Shown here one piece after another: positions 36,845-46,652 of a stretch of DNA of 61,801 nt. Each line of letters opens with the position of its first letter. The stretch's first letter is position 1. Under the pieces are notes generated by a model, which saw only the letters and a program-made list of their open reading frames with translations, was not told the DNA's origin and did not search any database. The stretch is from positions 1 through 61,801 of the IMG/VR virus record IMGVR_UViG_3300033076_001439. One strand, 5' to 3'. This DNA comes from a virus (taxonomy: Duplodnaviria > Caudoviricetes). Made by a program: the position numbers and the translations under genes.

Positions 36845-37029
36845 AGAAGACCATACGGTGCTGGGCTCTCAAGGTCCGGGGCCGCCGTTTCTACACCACC
36901 GCAAGTGGGGTGCCCTGGACGTTCTTCACGCGCAAGGATGCTGTTGCTTTTGCAGAGGCCATTCAACGCACCACGGATGCCAAGCTGGCGGTCATCCGCG
37001 TTCTGATCAAAGCAGAGGAAGTCACATGA
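36841..37029 (+). CDS. Hypothetical protein
   Basis: Coupled ORF. Confidence 0.6.
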   Translation: MKKTIRCWALKVRGRRFYTTASGVPWTFFTRKDAVAFAEAIQRTTDAKLAVIRVLIKAEEVT

Positions 37030-37235
37030 ACGAAGAGGACGAAGAATTCAACCGCATCGAGCGCGAAGCTGCTATGCGTAAAGCCGCGGTCCACGCAGCG
37101 GTAACCAAGCGCCCGTGGCAAGGACTCACAGATAGCGAGATTGATGACTTGTCACGCGAGATGGTGAAAGGAAAGAAGTCGGTGAACTGGCTGGCTTATT
37201 CCATCGAATCAAAATTAAAGGAGCTCAACACATGA
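37026..37235 (+). CDS. Hypothetical protein
   Basis: MNEEDEEFNRIE...WQGLTDSEI. Confidence 0.65.
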   Translation: MNEEDEEFNRIEREAAMRKAAVHAAVTKRPWQGLTDSEIDDLSREMVKGKKSVNWLAYSIESKLKELNT

Positions 37236-37432
37236 ACATCTATTGGCCAGGAACGAACATCGTCAAGAGCCGCGGCAACGCCTTTGATTGGCGCTCGAGC
37301 CGCGATTCATCAGTCTTGCAAGACAAAGAGTGGAAGCAGTCTGCCACTGGAACGCGCAACGCAGTGCGTTACGGCGATGTGACCAAGTCCACGTCCTTCA
37401 CTGTTTACAGCAAAGCGAGGCCTGCAAAATGA
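37232..37432 (+). CDS. Hypothetical protein
   Basis: Coupled ORF. Confidence 0.6.
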   Translation: MNIYWPGTNIVKSRGNAFDWRSSRDSSVLQDKEWKQSATGTRNAVRYGDVTKSTSFTVYSKARPAK

Positions 37433-37605
37433 AATGGAAAGAGCGAAGTGAGTCCCACTGGGTGCTGGTAGCCCCCGATGGGGAGATCGTGGACGAGATC
37501 AAACGCAACGACGACTACTTCTTTGTCCTCAAGAGCACCGGCAAAAAATACATTGACATCAAGAAAGCAAAAAATGCACGAATCACTGCAACCAAACCGA
37601 CTTAA
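37429..37605 (+). CDS. Hypothetical protein
   Basis: ATGA overlap. Confidence 0.55.
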   Translation: MKWKERSESHWVLVAPDGEIVDEIKRNDDYFFVLKSTGKKYIDIKKAKNARITATKPT

Positions 37606-37873
37606 GCAAATCCGCCTGCGCATGGGCATGACACAGCAGCAGTTTGCCGACATGCTGGGCATCACCCAGGGCAACGTGGGGCACTACGAATCCCGCGATC
37701 AGACCATGATGCCCGAGGGTGCGAAGCGCCTGATCGTGGAAGCCGCGCTGCGCGGTCACCTGGTCACGTACGAGGACATCTACGGCAAGGTGGCGGCCCC
37801 TGTCATCAAACAAAAGCCCCGGCGCGAGGTCCTGGAACAACTGGAAAGGAAGAAACGCAATGCAGAAGATTGA
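37574..37873 (+). CDS. XRE/Cro-like HTH transcriptional regulator
   Basis: LKQIRLRMGMTQQQFADMLGITQGNVGHYE. Confidence 0.88.
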   Translation: MHESLQPNRLKQIRLRMGMTQQQFADMLGITQGNVGHYESRDQTMMPEGAKRLIVEAALRGHLVTYEDIYGKVAAPVIKQKPRREVLEQLERKKRNAED

Positions 37874-38273
37874 ACAGGACGTTTACGTCATCATCACGGA
37901 GCTCGGCGCACAAGCCGAGGTGGTGATCCCACCCCTGGAGCTCAACGACATTCGCCGTGAGCGCGGCGAGTACCTGGCGCAGACAGCCTCTGACCTCTAC
38001 GACCGTGTCGTGTACATGGTCCGAGACAACGAGTTGGAATACGACCCGGAGCTCGATGAAGATGACGAGGGCCCGCAGGTGGAGTTGACGCTCAGAATGG
38101 GCTTCATCTCGGTGTCTTCAACCTTCTGGGAAGAGACACGCAGACAGCGCCAGGACAAGCTCAAGACGACGATCAACGAGCTCTTCAGAATGCTGCTGAA
38201 CATGAAGAAGAACTTTGACGACGTGGGCAGAGAAGAAGAGGAAGCCAAAAGAGCTGAGAAAGAAGCCGAATAA
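37860..38273 (+). CDS. Hypothetical acidic protein
   Basis: GAAAGGA SD upstream. Confidence 0.7.
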   Translation: MQKIEQDVYVIITELGAQAEVVIPPLELNDIRRERGEYLAQTASDLYDRVVYMVRDNELEYDPELDEDDEGPQVELTLRMGFISVSSTFWEETRRQRQDKLKTTINELFRMLLNMKKNFDDVGREEEEAKRAEKEAE

Positions 38274-38279
38274 AAATAG

Positions 38280-38334
38280 TTGCACCAGTTACTGTAACTG
38301 GTGTACACTAGCGGCACTAGAAAGGATAGATCAG
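38280..38334 (+). promoter_or_regulatory. Promoter with palindromic operator and GAAAGGATAG leader (cassette 6)
   Basis: TTGCAC-18nt-TACACT; CACCAGTTAC-T-GTAACTGGTG at 38283-38303. Confidence 0.72.
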
Positions 38335-38844
38335 ATGAGAAAGCGCAGCAAATACCGGCCACGTGGCGTGATCCTGGACACGATGCTTCATGTCACCAGT
38401 GGCATGAAGAAGGTTGGGTCGATCAGTGCGGGGACGACACTGAAGATCAAGAACCATGCGGCCTTAGAGAGCGTGCGCACGGGCGACGGGACGCGAGACG
38501 ACATTGATATTTTGATCACCGCATTCAACATCACAGAGGCGCTGGCCATGATGCGGATTGGGGGTGACTGGAGAGATGAGATTCGGGCCGCGCAAGACGC
38601 GCTACTGGCGGTGGGACGCCGTGGCGCGGAGACTGGCAAGTTTATTTTGCGCGGACCCGAACTCACCCAATTCAATCTGGCGATGCAAGTGCACGATGCT
38701 CAGTTGGATGCCTGCACTGTATCAGAGTTGGAGAAGGCGATTGACATCGTCTCCGACATCATCCGGTCAAAAGGTGCGCGAGCCGTTGTAGAAGGAAATC
38801 ATGAAGCAAAACCAAAACGCTGGAAACAGCAGCGCCTGTTCTAA
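38335..38844 (+). CDS. Conserved hypothetical phage protein
   Basis: MRKRSKYRP...VHDAQLDAC. Confidence 0.75.
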   Translation: MRKRSKYRPRGVILDTMLHVTSGMKKVGSISAGTTLKIKNHAALESVRTGDGTRDDIDILITAFNITEALAMMRIGGDWRDEIRAAQDALLAVGRRGAETGKFILRGPELTQFNLAMQVHDAQLDACTVSELEKAIDIVSDIIRSKGARAVVEGNHEAKPKRWKQQRLF

Positions 38845-38992
38845 GAGCAGCGCCATCCCGTTATCACAAGAGGAGCTCAAGGCCTGGTGGCCCTTTGAGC
38901 GATTGGACCCAAAGCGGTTCCCCAAGCAAGAAAAGGCCACCGATACCAGTCCAGTTTCGGACGTTGAAGACGCACTTTTATAGGAGAGCCCC

Positions 38993-39529
38993 ATGAGTAA
39001 AGCCGAGAAAATCACCCAGTATCTGGCCAAGCATCCGAATGTTTCTGCCAAAGACGCTTCTGACAAGTTTGGCGTGCATGCCAGCTACATCTACGCGCTG
39101 CGCAGGAAGATGAACGAGGTGCCCGAAGACCCGACGCCTGGTCCGACACCGGAGCACGAGGCGGCAGCCCAGACTGAAGCAGCGATGGGACGGGCCAGCC
39201 GCACGGCTGCGGAAGAAGACGAGCGCTTGAGAAAGTACTTTGCTGGCCTTGCCGCCACGAACGTGGACGCGGTCCTCGATTCGCGGGCCAAGGACTACGG
39301 CAAATTCATCGATGGTGCAGAGATCATGCAGATGCTCAAGCGCTTGGTGCACAACTACATTGCAAAGCGCGGCACGCCCCTGGCTTTTGACCAGCGTGAA
39401 GCGATCGACATGATCATCCATAAGCTGGGCCGCATCATCAATGGCAACCCCGACAAGGTGGACCACTGGGTCGATATCGCTGGCTACTCCACCCTGGTCG
39501 CTGACCGCCTGCAAGGGGATGCACGATGA
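38993..39529 (+). CDS. HTH plus DUF6378-like domain protein
   Basis: R.KDYG.F...KLGRIINGNP..VDHWVDIAGYSTL. Confidence 0.75.
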   Translation: MSKAEKITQYLAKHPNVSAKDASDKFGVHASYIYALRRKMNEVPEDPTPGPTPEHEAAAQTEAAMGRASRTAAEEDERLRKYFAGLAATNVDAVLDSRAKDYGKFIDGAEIMQMLKRLVHNYIAKRGTPLAFDQREAIDMIIHKLGRIINGNPDKVDHWVDIAGYSTLVADRLQGDAR

Positions 39530-39987
39530 GCTTCAATCCACTTGCAGGGGACTACGCACCCCAAGACCCATACCGCCAGTACCACCAGTACCACGGCCAG
39601 CCAGAGGCTGAGAAACAGCGGCAGCAATATGACTACAACCCTGCTCAACAGGACGCCCGGTTTGACCCGGTTGCGCACGCCAAGCAGATGGCCAGGATGC
39701 AGCAGGATATTCACGCAGGAGCTCGGCTTGGGGAACAGCGCCAGCAAGGCGGCGTGACCCGCGAGATGCAAGAGCTGGAGAAGAACCTCAGCATATTGTC
39801 AAGCACCATCGATGCGCTAGACAACCGTTTGGCGGCTGCCTGCATTCCTGCACCTGAGATGACATCAGGCTTGCGTGGAACGGAGGGAGGAGGCTGCTCT
39901 TTAGCCAACCAGCTCGCCGCGTTCAACAACATGCTGTCTTACCAAACCACCCGCATTGAAATGCTCTACCAAGGAATCGACTTATGA
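39526..39987 (+). CDS. Hypothetical protein
   Basis: Coupled ORF. Confidence 0.65.
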   Translation: MSFNPLAGDYAPQDPYRQYHQYHGQPEAEKQRQQYDYNPAQQDARFDPVAHAKQMARMQQDIHAGARLGEQRQQGGVTREMQELEKNLSILSSTIDALDNRLAAACIPAPEMTSGLRGTEGGGCSLANQLAAFNNMLSYQTTRIEMLYQGIDL

Positions 39988-40151
39988 ACAGCTTACTCAC
40001 TATCGGCCTGGGACTTTGGGTTGTCCTGTCCTGGCTCACCCACATTTTTGTCTGCTTGAAGACGGCTTCCTGGGGCTTCTTGGTTGCCGGAGCGCTCCTC
40101 TTCCCGATTGCCTGGATTCACGGCACGGGCATCTGGTTTGGGTGGTTCTGA
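39984..40151 (+). CDS. 55-aa membrane protein
   Basis: Read manually: MNSLLTIGLGLWVVLSWLTH...HGTGIWFGWF; absent from the ORF track. Confidence 0.7.
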   Translation: MNSLLTIGLGLWVVLSWLTHIFVCLKTASWGFLVAGALLFPIAWIHGTGIWFGWF

Positions 40152-40441
40152 TGAACAAGATACAAGTCAAACCCGAAGAAGCGCGGGCCAGGGTTCTCGC
40201 TGCTTTGCGGGCGCATGACTACAAGGGCAAGACGTCGGAGTTGGCGGAATGGACGGGTATGCAGTCGTCTGTGGTGCGCCGCGCTGCCCTGTATCTGGCT
40301 TCTCGCAACCAGGTTGTCTCAGTACTTCTCCCGGGCCGCGGCAAGGGAGAGTACCTGTTTCACCTGCAACAACTCGATTTGTTTGAAGACTTCAATCCTC
40401 CGCCAAGCATTTGGCAGAAGATCAGGGGATGGTTTAAATGA
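40151..40441 (+). CDS. Winged-helix-like protein
   Basis: TSELAEWTGMQSSVVRRAALYL. Confidence 0.6.
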   Translation: MNKIQVKPEEARARVLAALRAHDYKGKTSELAEWTGMQSSVVRRAALYLASRNQVVSVLLPGRGKGEYLFHLQQLDLFEDFNPPPSIWQKIRGWFK

Positions 40442-41202
40442 GCCCAATGATCAGGGAGTACGCCTCCCTGGTCCCTTTCAATCCGATTGAGTATGTGTGG
40501 ATCGATTTTGCAACCGGTCCTCCGCCCACGGACGAAAGGGCCAAGGAGATCACTCGGCAACTGGGGCATCTGCCCTATAGCCGACACACGCCCAACGAAG
40601 AATTCCCACTTCCGTTTGAGAAAATCTGTGTTCTTCTGCCTGTTGCCCTTCCTGGTGGAAAAGTCAGGCAGGGCACTGCCATGGTGGCAACGCTGGAGCG
40701 CAAAGGAAACGTCCTGGTTTTCCAGTTTTGGACCAACAGTGACAGGGACCACGGCAGCGTGACGATGACATCTGTCGGGAACATCGAAGAGGGCAGCACG
40801 ATAAAAGTGTCCGGGAAGTATTTGGCTGCCATAAGGAAAACTCGAGAAGAAGCGACGAAGCAGGGTACGGAGGTGTTCATCGTCCTGTTACGCCGCGTGC
40901 TGTCAATGGTGCTGCTCAATGAAAATGCGCCAATCGCACGATGCGCGGGCAACGCTCCAATGAATGCCAGGCGCATTCGCCGCGGCAAGCGCCCGTTCTT
41001 TGAATGGACTACCGTGAAGGTCGAGCCCCGCGTGCCATCTGAGCACCAAGGGGGAACGCATGCCAGCCCCAAGCCTCATGCCCGGCGAGGACATGTGCGC
41101 AGGCTCAAGGATGGCCGAATCATCACCATCAAAAACTCCATTATCAACAAGCACAAGATTCCCGAAGAGGGATTTGTTTTCCACGATTACGTGGTCAAGT
41201 AA
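40438..41202 (+). CDS. Conserved hypothetical phage protein
   Basis: C-terminal GGTHASPKPHARRGHVRRL motif. Confidence 0.75.
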   Translation: MSPMIREYASLVPFNPIEYVWIDFATGPPPTDERAKEITRQLGHLPYSRHTPNEEFPLPFEKICVLLPVALPGGKVRQGTAMVATLERKGNVLVFQFWTNSDRDHGSVTMTSVGNIEEGSTIKVSGKYLAAIRKTREEATKQGTEVFIVLLRRVLSMVLLNENAPIARCAGNAPMNARRIRRGKRPFFEWTTVKVEPRVPSEHQGGTHASPKPHARRGHVRRLKDGRIITIKNSIINKHKIPEEGFVFHDYVVK

Positions 41203-41225
41203 AAAGGGCCCCTCGGGGCCCTTTT
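41201..41225. terminator. Bidirectional rho-independent terminator
   Basis: AAAAGGGCCCC-TC-GGGGCCCTTTT between convergent genes. Confidence 0.88.
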
Positions 41226-41226
41226 C

Positions 41227-43092
41227 TTATTTCGCCTCGCCCCAGCTCGGCCCGACTTCCACGTCACACCGGTTGGGCACTTCCATCTTCACGCAGTTCG
41301 CCATGATCCGGGATGCTTCGACAGCGTCATCTTTGCTCAGCACCGACAGCGCCACTTCATCGTGCACTTGCAAGATTGGATCGAAGCCTGCCTTTTTCAG
41401 GGCCACCATGGCTGCTTTGGTCTGGTCTGCGGCAGACCCCTGGATCAGACGGTTGAGCCCCTTGTATGTGCCCGCACGCTTGATCCGTGAGCCGTATTCA
41501 ATCACTGCCTGCTCACGCGGCAGCGCTTTGTTCACGCCCCACTCCATGGGCTCCCACAGCGGGAAGCGGCACTTGCGGCCCAGCAGCGTGCGGATCGCGC
41601 CGCCAGCCGCCGGGTGGTCGATGCGCTTCATCACCGCGTTGACAGTGCCCTTGAGGAACGGGACATTCTGGTGAAAGCGGGTGATCAGCTCATCGGCTTC
41701 GGTGAGCGCCAAGTCCAACTGCGCAGCGAGCTTGTTTTTGCCCATGCCGTACATCAGGCCCAGGCCAATCGTTTTGGCCGCCTTGCGTTTGATCCCAGCC
41801 ATGTCCGCAACCATCTGGTGGAAGTCGGTGTTGGGGTCGTTGTTGTAGGCGTCCACCATGGTCTCGGCCCCGGGCAGGCCCAGGAGACTGGCGTAGTGCA
41901 CCAGCAGGCGCGGTTCTTGGGACGAGAAGTCATTCGATGCCCACATGTGCCCCTGCTCAGGCAGGAACAGGCCACGCACCATCGGTCCGATGATCTCATG
42001 GCGGGCAGGCACTTGCTGCAAGTTGGGGTTGGCCATGGACAGACGGCCCGTCACCGTGCCGCCGTCATCCGAGCGCATCTGGTTGACGTGCGGGTGAATG
42101 CGGCCAGTCTTGGCGCTGAAGTCCATGTAAGGCTGAAGAAAGGTGCTGTGCGTCTTGTTGGTCTCACGGGCCTCGATGATCATCTTGGCCAGCGGGTGGG
42201 GATGGTTGTCCAGGAACTGCTTGGTGAAGCTAGGCAGGCCGTTGTCGGTCTTGCTGTACTGGATGCCCAGGCGATCGAAGGCGTGGGCAATGGATTGCGC
42301 AGCCCAGATGTCGATCTTGACGCCAGCTTGCTCCTTCATCTCCTTGAGGAGCTGGTGCTCGCGCACCTTCATGCGGTCGATCATCAGGCCACACTTCTCA
42401 CGATCAAAGCGGATGCCCTTGCGGGTCATCTCCAGCAGCACGGGGAACACATCGGTTTCGATGTTAAAGATGGACTCGACTTCGTCCTGGCGCATCTTGA
42501 TCTTGAAGTGCTGCCAGAGCTTGAGCGTCAGCGCCGCGTCTTGCTCCGCGTACTCACCGACGTACATGGCCGGGAGCTTCCAGAGCTCCTTTTTAGGATG
42601 GACACCGAAATCGGCTGCGGCCTGCTTGAGGCCCTGCTCACTCTTGATTTCTTGGAGGTAGTCGAACCCAAGTGCATTGAGGGAATAACTGAACCTGTTT
42701 TCGTCAAGTAAGGGGGCAGCCAGCATGGTGTCGAAAATGCGGCCATTGACTGTGAATCCACTTGCACCCAGCCACCCGGCGTCATAGGCTGCGTTGTGCA
42801 TGATTTTGTCGGCAGGGGTGGCGAGGACGTCCTTGATCCATTTCTCCACCAGTCTCTTGTCCAGGTTACCGCCACCGGCGTGAGCGACAGGGTAATAACC
42901 AGACCAGCCTTCCACGGCAATGGCATATCCGACAATGAAACCGTCACCGCGAGGCCACCCAGGACCGAAAGACTCCAAGTTGGGATCACATGTTTCGAGG
43001 TCAATTGCTATCTCCTTGGCTGTGGATAAGTTGGGGAAAGTTTCTGGGGCGACCCACTCTGTGGGGGTCGGAAAAAGCGGCATGGTTCTCAT
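41227..43092 (-). CDS. polA: DNA polymerase family A with 3'-5' exonuclease
   Basis: IDLET, HNAAYD, TGRLS..PNLQQ, DFSSQEPR, R..AKT, IQGSAAD, QVHDE. Confidence 0.95.
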   Translation of the reverse strand: MRTMPLFPTPTEWVAPETFPNLSTAKEIAIDLETCDPNLESFGPGWPRGDGFIVGYAIAVEGWSGYYPVAHAGGGNLDKRLVEKWIKDVLATPADKIMHNAAYDAGWLGASGFTVNGRIFDTMLAAPLLDENRFSYSLNALGFDYLQEIKSEQGLKQAAADFGVHPKKELWKLPAMYVGEYAEQDAALTLKLWQHFKIKMRQDEVESIFNIETDVFPVLLEMTRKGIRFDREKCGLMIDRMKVREHQLLKEMKEQAGVKIDIWAAQSIAHAFDRLGIQYSKTDNGLPSFTKQFLDNHPHPLAKMIIEARETNKTHSTFLQPYMDFSAKTGRIHPHVNQMRSDDGGTVTGRLSMANPNLQQVPARHEIIGPMVRGLFLPEQGHMWASNDFSSQEPRLLVHYASLLGLPGAETMVDAYNNDPNTDFHQMVADMAGIKRKAAKTIGLGLMYGMGKNKLAAQLDLALTEADELITRFHQNVPFLKGTVNAVMKRIDHPAAGGAIRTLLGRKCRFPLWEPMEWGVNKALPREQAVIEYGSRIKRAGTYKGLNRLIQGSAADQTKAAMVALKKAGFDPILQVHDEVALSVLSKDDAVEASRIMANCVKMEVPNRCDVEVGPSWGEAK

Positions 43093-44669
43093 AGCATGAA
43101 TCCTTTATCTCGAGACTTGGGCAGCACTAAGTGCAGTGATTGCTTCGCCCGGGTAACTCCCACATAGAAAAGGCGATGCACATCGTCCCCGTTCTTCTGG
43201 AAATCCTTGGCGAATTTTGTGGACAGGTCCATGAGCAGCAAGACGTTGTCCGCCTCCCCGCCCTTGGCTCCGTGGATTGTGGATAACTTGATCCGGCCAC
43301 CGTCCGTGAGCTTGGTGCCACGGCGCAGAACAGAGATCAGGTAATCGCGTTTGTCGTGGGCGATCTTGCCCAGCGCTTCGTGCCAGATGGGCGCAGACAG
43401 CAGGCCAAAGTTGTCCTGGAGCTGCTGCAATGTGTGGGGCTCGTTGCGGTCACCCTTGAAGCTCCGATGTCCGCGGGCCACGAAATCCGAATCGAGGTAC
43501 CGGTAGACGTTGGCCACATCCTCACCAAAGACCGCGTAGCCCTTGCGCAGGCGCTCCCAACTGATCACGGCCTTCAGGATGGTCGGGCCCACGCTCGGAA
43601 CACCGCTGCGATCAAACAGCAGGCCCTTGGCCTTGAGCCATTCACCCACGGGGTTGAGCAGGTAGTTGGTGCTGGCCAGAATGAGCCACTGGCCTTCGTC
43701 CACGGGCACGTCTTCAAACCGGTAATAGGTGGACACTTGGCCCTCAAACTCGCGAGGCTTCCATTCTTTCGCCTGTCGGGTGCGGATACGGCTGACGATC
43801 TGGTTGGCCAAGAAGTGCACGGTGCTCGGCACGCGGTACGACTGCTGCAGAACCTTGATGGTGCCATTGAACGACAAGAAGCTCTTGACGTCTGCCCCGG
43901 CCCAGGTGAATACTGCTTGATCGTCGTCCCCGGCGAGGAATACCCGTTTCGCTTTGGCAGCCAGTGCTTCCACCAGTTGCCACTGCAATCGGGATAAATC
44001 CTGCGCTTCGTCCACGATTAGAACCTCCAGTGAAGGTAATCGGTCCGCTTCGCTGACCACCATTTCCAGCAGGTCGGTGAAGTCCAGCAGGTCCTTGCTG
44101 CGTTTGTAGTGGCGGTAGGTCCGCTCCACAAACTCGAAGTGGTACCACTCGATGTCCAGGCCTGAGTCGTTGTAGTGCTGGCGCAGGTCCACGCCACGGA
44201 TGCGGGCCAGGTTGATCTCATTGAGGATGGGGTTGTCCGGCTTGGACAGGTCGGTGTCATCGTCAGCGTTGATCTTGATTTCGATGCCAGCTTGCGCCGC
44301 GAACTCGCGGTAGTGCTCCGCTTGCATGATCAGGTCAGGCTTGATGGCCAGCACATGGTAGGCCAGGCTGTGCAGCGTGCGGAAGAACGGGAAGTCCGTT
44401 TTGGGGTGCAGGTGCGGGAATTTGATGAGCGCACGGTCCCGCGCTTCGTTGGCCGCCTTTCTGGTGAAAGAAAAGTAGCCAATCCTTCCAGAGGAAACCC
44501 CTGACTCCAGCTCCCGGTCCACGACGTTGAGCAAATAGGTTGTTTTTCCGGAGCCTAGTTACGGAGGGCCGAAGACTTTTTCAATCTTCGGCCCATACTC
44601 CTCATGTTGGTGTTGGTAATTTGCCATGCCAGCGGATGTGGTTGTGTAGCGTTCAATGTTCGGTGTCAT
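43089..44669 (-). CDS. UvrD/SF1 helicase whose Walker A is interrupted by in-frame TAA CTA (candidate ribosomal bypass)
   Basis: FGPP*LGSGKTT, SFTRKAA, TLHS, VDEAQD, GDDDQ, QSYR, STIHGAKGGE, YVGVTRA; the ORF track starts after the P-loop. Confidence 0.85.
44563..44601 (-). promoter_or_regulatory. Strong mRNA hairpin immediately 5' of the in-frame stop in the helicase
   Basis: GGGCCGAAGA-TTGAAAAAG-TCTTCGGCCC with perfect 10-bp arms (44566-44594), extendable by GGA/TCC. Confidence 0.7.
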
Positions 44670-44913
44670 GGTCCGTCACTCTATACAGGTCGTTGGTCCA
44701 GACAAGGATAGGTGTGTCCAATCCGATGTATGCGCCCTCGATGTTGTATTCGATGAACTCACGTGCGCCCTCAAAGTCCATGCCGTCACGCGACATCAAG
44801 ATGTTGCGGATGATCTCGGCGTTGTAGACCAGTACTTCCACCTGGCCGCCAGACTTTGTCCAAACCATGGCTGGGCCAATGATGGCCTCGTCGTATCCGT
44901 CCCACTTTTTCAT
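44653..44913 (-). CDS. Conserved small phage protein
   Basis: DGYDEAIIG...AREFIEYNIEGAYIG..TP. Confidence 0.8.
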   Translation of the reverse strand: MKKWDGYDEAIIGPAMVWTKSGGQVEVLVYNAEIIRNILMSRDGMDFEGAREFIEYNIEGAYIGLDTPILVWTNDLYRVTDHDTEH

Positions 44914-45104
44914 TGCTTAGGCTCCTGGATGTTCTGGGAAGCCAGCCACTGCAGTTCCTCTCCGAACTCATAGAAGTTTTCAAGTGGCACGTTGTCGCAG
45001 GTCAACTTGCCGTTGACTAACACCATTTTGACCACGCCTGTGCCGCAGACAAAAGCGTCTTGAATGGCCAGATTAATGGCATGCATATCAGTGTCGATGT
45101 TCAA
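44910..45104 (-). CDS. Hypothetical protein
   Basis: Coupled between primase and next ORF. Confidence 0.6.
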   Translation of the reverse strand: MNIDTDMHAINLAIQDAFVCGTGVVKMVLVNGKLTCDNVPLENFYEFGEELQWLASQNIQEPKQ

Positions 45105-46633
45105 AATGGACTCCCTTCGGTGCGTTGGGTATGGGTATCAAATGGGGCTTCCTGTTTGCCAAAGCGCGGGATGCGCCAGCAGCGCACAGCGCGGCCCTTG
45201 AGGAACAGGCTGATGGGCTCGCCACCGATGTCGCGCAGGCGCTGGGCCATCTTGGGCGCGGTCAGGGCTTTGAAGTTGTTGCGCAGCAGGTGCGCGTCAA
45301 GGTCCTTGATTCGGAAGTAGGTCTTCGCCTCCTCTTCATCTGTCCATGGGCGGCCCATGAGCATCTCTTCGCGGGCCAGGGCCTGCTGCATGTGCGTCGT
45401 GAACTCTTCGAGCAGGTCCATGAAGCGACCGATCACGCTGGTGTCTTCGCTGGCCACGGTGATCTGCTCTGTCTCCACCATCTCTTTCAAGAGGGCGTTA
45501 AGCAGGTTCTCCCAGTCCTGCTTGCGCAAGGTGGGCGGCACGGTGTTGATCTTCTCGAGGCAGGCCTTCTGAAAGGCTGCCTGGTTGTAGAGCATCTCAG
45601 TCTCGAGCTCTACACGCTTGCCGTTGACATCCAGGAACCACAGTGGTGGATCGCTGGCGTACTTGGACAAACTGGCTATCTGAGCCGCATCAGGGGCGTG
45701 AGCCCCGATACCGAACTTGCGAGAGCGGCAGAGTCCAGAGTTACAAAAACTGTTGAGAGGCGCGTCCTTGCACTTGTACTGATAATCTTTTTTGCCAGCC
45801 TGTTTGATGATGAGCTGGACCTCGTTGTTGGGCAGCGGGGGAGCAACGTACTTGAGGTTGTACTCGACCATCTTGTCTTCCCACGCACCCGGGTGGGCAC
45901 GTTTAAGATAGACCCCAATGTTGAATAGCCCATTATTGCGGGTGCCTTCCGGGAACCCTTGGGCACAAAGAGCTTGTAGGCAAGGCGGGCCATCTTTGAT
46001 GGGACTCTCCGCTTGTTTAGGCGGCTCAGGGAATTCGAGTGGCGTGTCTTGGACATTGGCTGCATGGAGCTCATAAAACTCCTCAAGGGTCGCCGCAGAA
46101 CCGTCGGCATTGAATGCATACCTTGTACCCGAGTCCCCACCGAAGTACGGCAGGTTGAGGAAGTTGCCGGTGTCTCCTCGGTCCACGAGGATTTCGGCCT
46201 GCTTCGGGAATATCTCTCGACCTGCCTCGCCAAGCAGCGCGGCAGCATTCTTAAGATAGGTCTGGTAATCGCGTGCAGGCGCGGGCTCTTTTGTGAATAA
46301 AAAGACATGTGCGCCTCCTGATTTGCTGCGGCACACGACGAGAGGCAGCTTCAATTGTTGAATTTTTTCGACCAAGCCTTTGTGGTCGAGCGGGTACTGA
46401 TCGATGTCGATACAGCCCCAGATGCAGGTGTTGTCTGCACGGATTGGGATGATGCCCAGAGACGGCTCTACACCTTCAAGGTGTTTGACCCAGAGGTCGT
46501 CTGTCGGCGGCTTGCGAACGACCGTAGCCTGTCCTGCTTGCTTTCCATCGCCACGCTCCGATTTGATTTTGTAGGTGCCATATGCGATGTCGAGTCCGCT
46601 GAATATGGCTTTTAATCTGGTGATGTCGGTCAT
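45101..46633 (-). CDS. AEP-family primase with PriCT-like domain
   Basis: WGCIDID, RSKSGGAH, GNFLNLPY, PPCL...EGTRNN. Confidence 0.85.
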   Translation of the reverse strand: MTDITRLKAIFSGLDIAYGTYKIKSERGDGKQAGQATVVRKPPTDDLWVKHLEGVEPSLGIIPIRADNTCIWGCIDIDQYPLDHKGLVEKIQQLKLPLVVCRSKSGGAHVFLFTKEPAPARDYQTYLKNAAALLGEAGREIFPKQAEILVDRGDTGNFLNLPYFGGDSGTRYAFNADGSAATLEEFYELHAANVQDTPLEFPEPPKQAESPIKDGPPCLQALCAQGFPEGTRNNGLFNIGVYLKRAHPGAWEDKMVEYNLKYVAPPLPNNEVQLIIKQAGKKDYQYKCKDAPLNSFCNSGLCRSRKFGIGAHAPDAAQIASLSKYASDPPLWFLDVNGKRVELETEMLYNQAAFQKACLEKINTVPPTLRKQDWENLLNALLKEMVETEQITVASEDTSVIGRFMDLLEEFTTHMQQALAREEMLMGRPWTDEEEAKTYFRIKDLDAHLLRNNFKALTAPKMAQRLRDIGGEPISLFLKGRAVRCWRIPRFGKQEAPFDTHTQRTEGSPF

Positions 46634-46652
46634 ACAACTCTCTATGGAAGGC

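Noticed and set aside
38801-38983. 60-aa plus-strand ORF
   Set aside because: It overlaps the upstream gene and has no motifs. It may be real but cannot be supported.
44556-44561. Stop-codon reassignment (TAA as sense) to explain the helicase stop
   Set aside because: TAA ends many genes normally (e.g. MCP, portal, polymerase), and readthrough would mis-space the P-loop.
44555-44596. Out-of-frame mini-ORF MGRRLKKSSALRN after GAGGAG
   Set aside because: SD-to-ATG spacing is 1 nt and the start is buried in the hairpin; translation is unsupported.
44550-44600. Group I intron or intein in the helicase P-loop
   Set aside because: The insert is only 6 nt with no ribozyme core or intein motifs. 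A U|...G excision (AACTAG) would give Cys rather than Gly.
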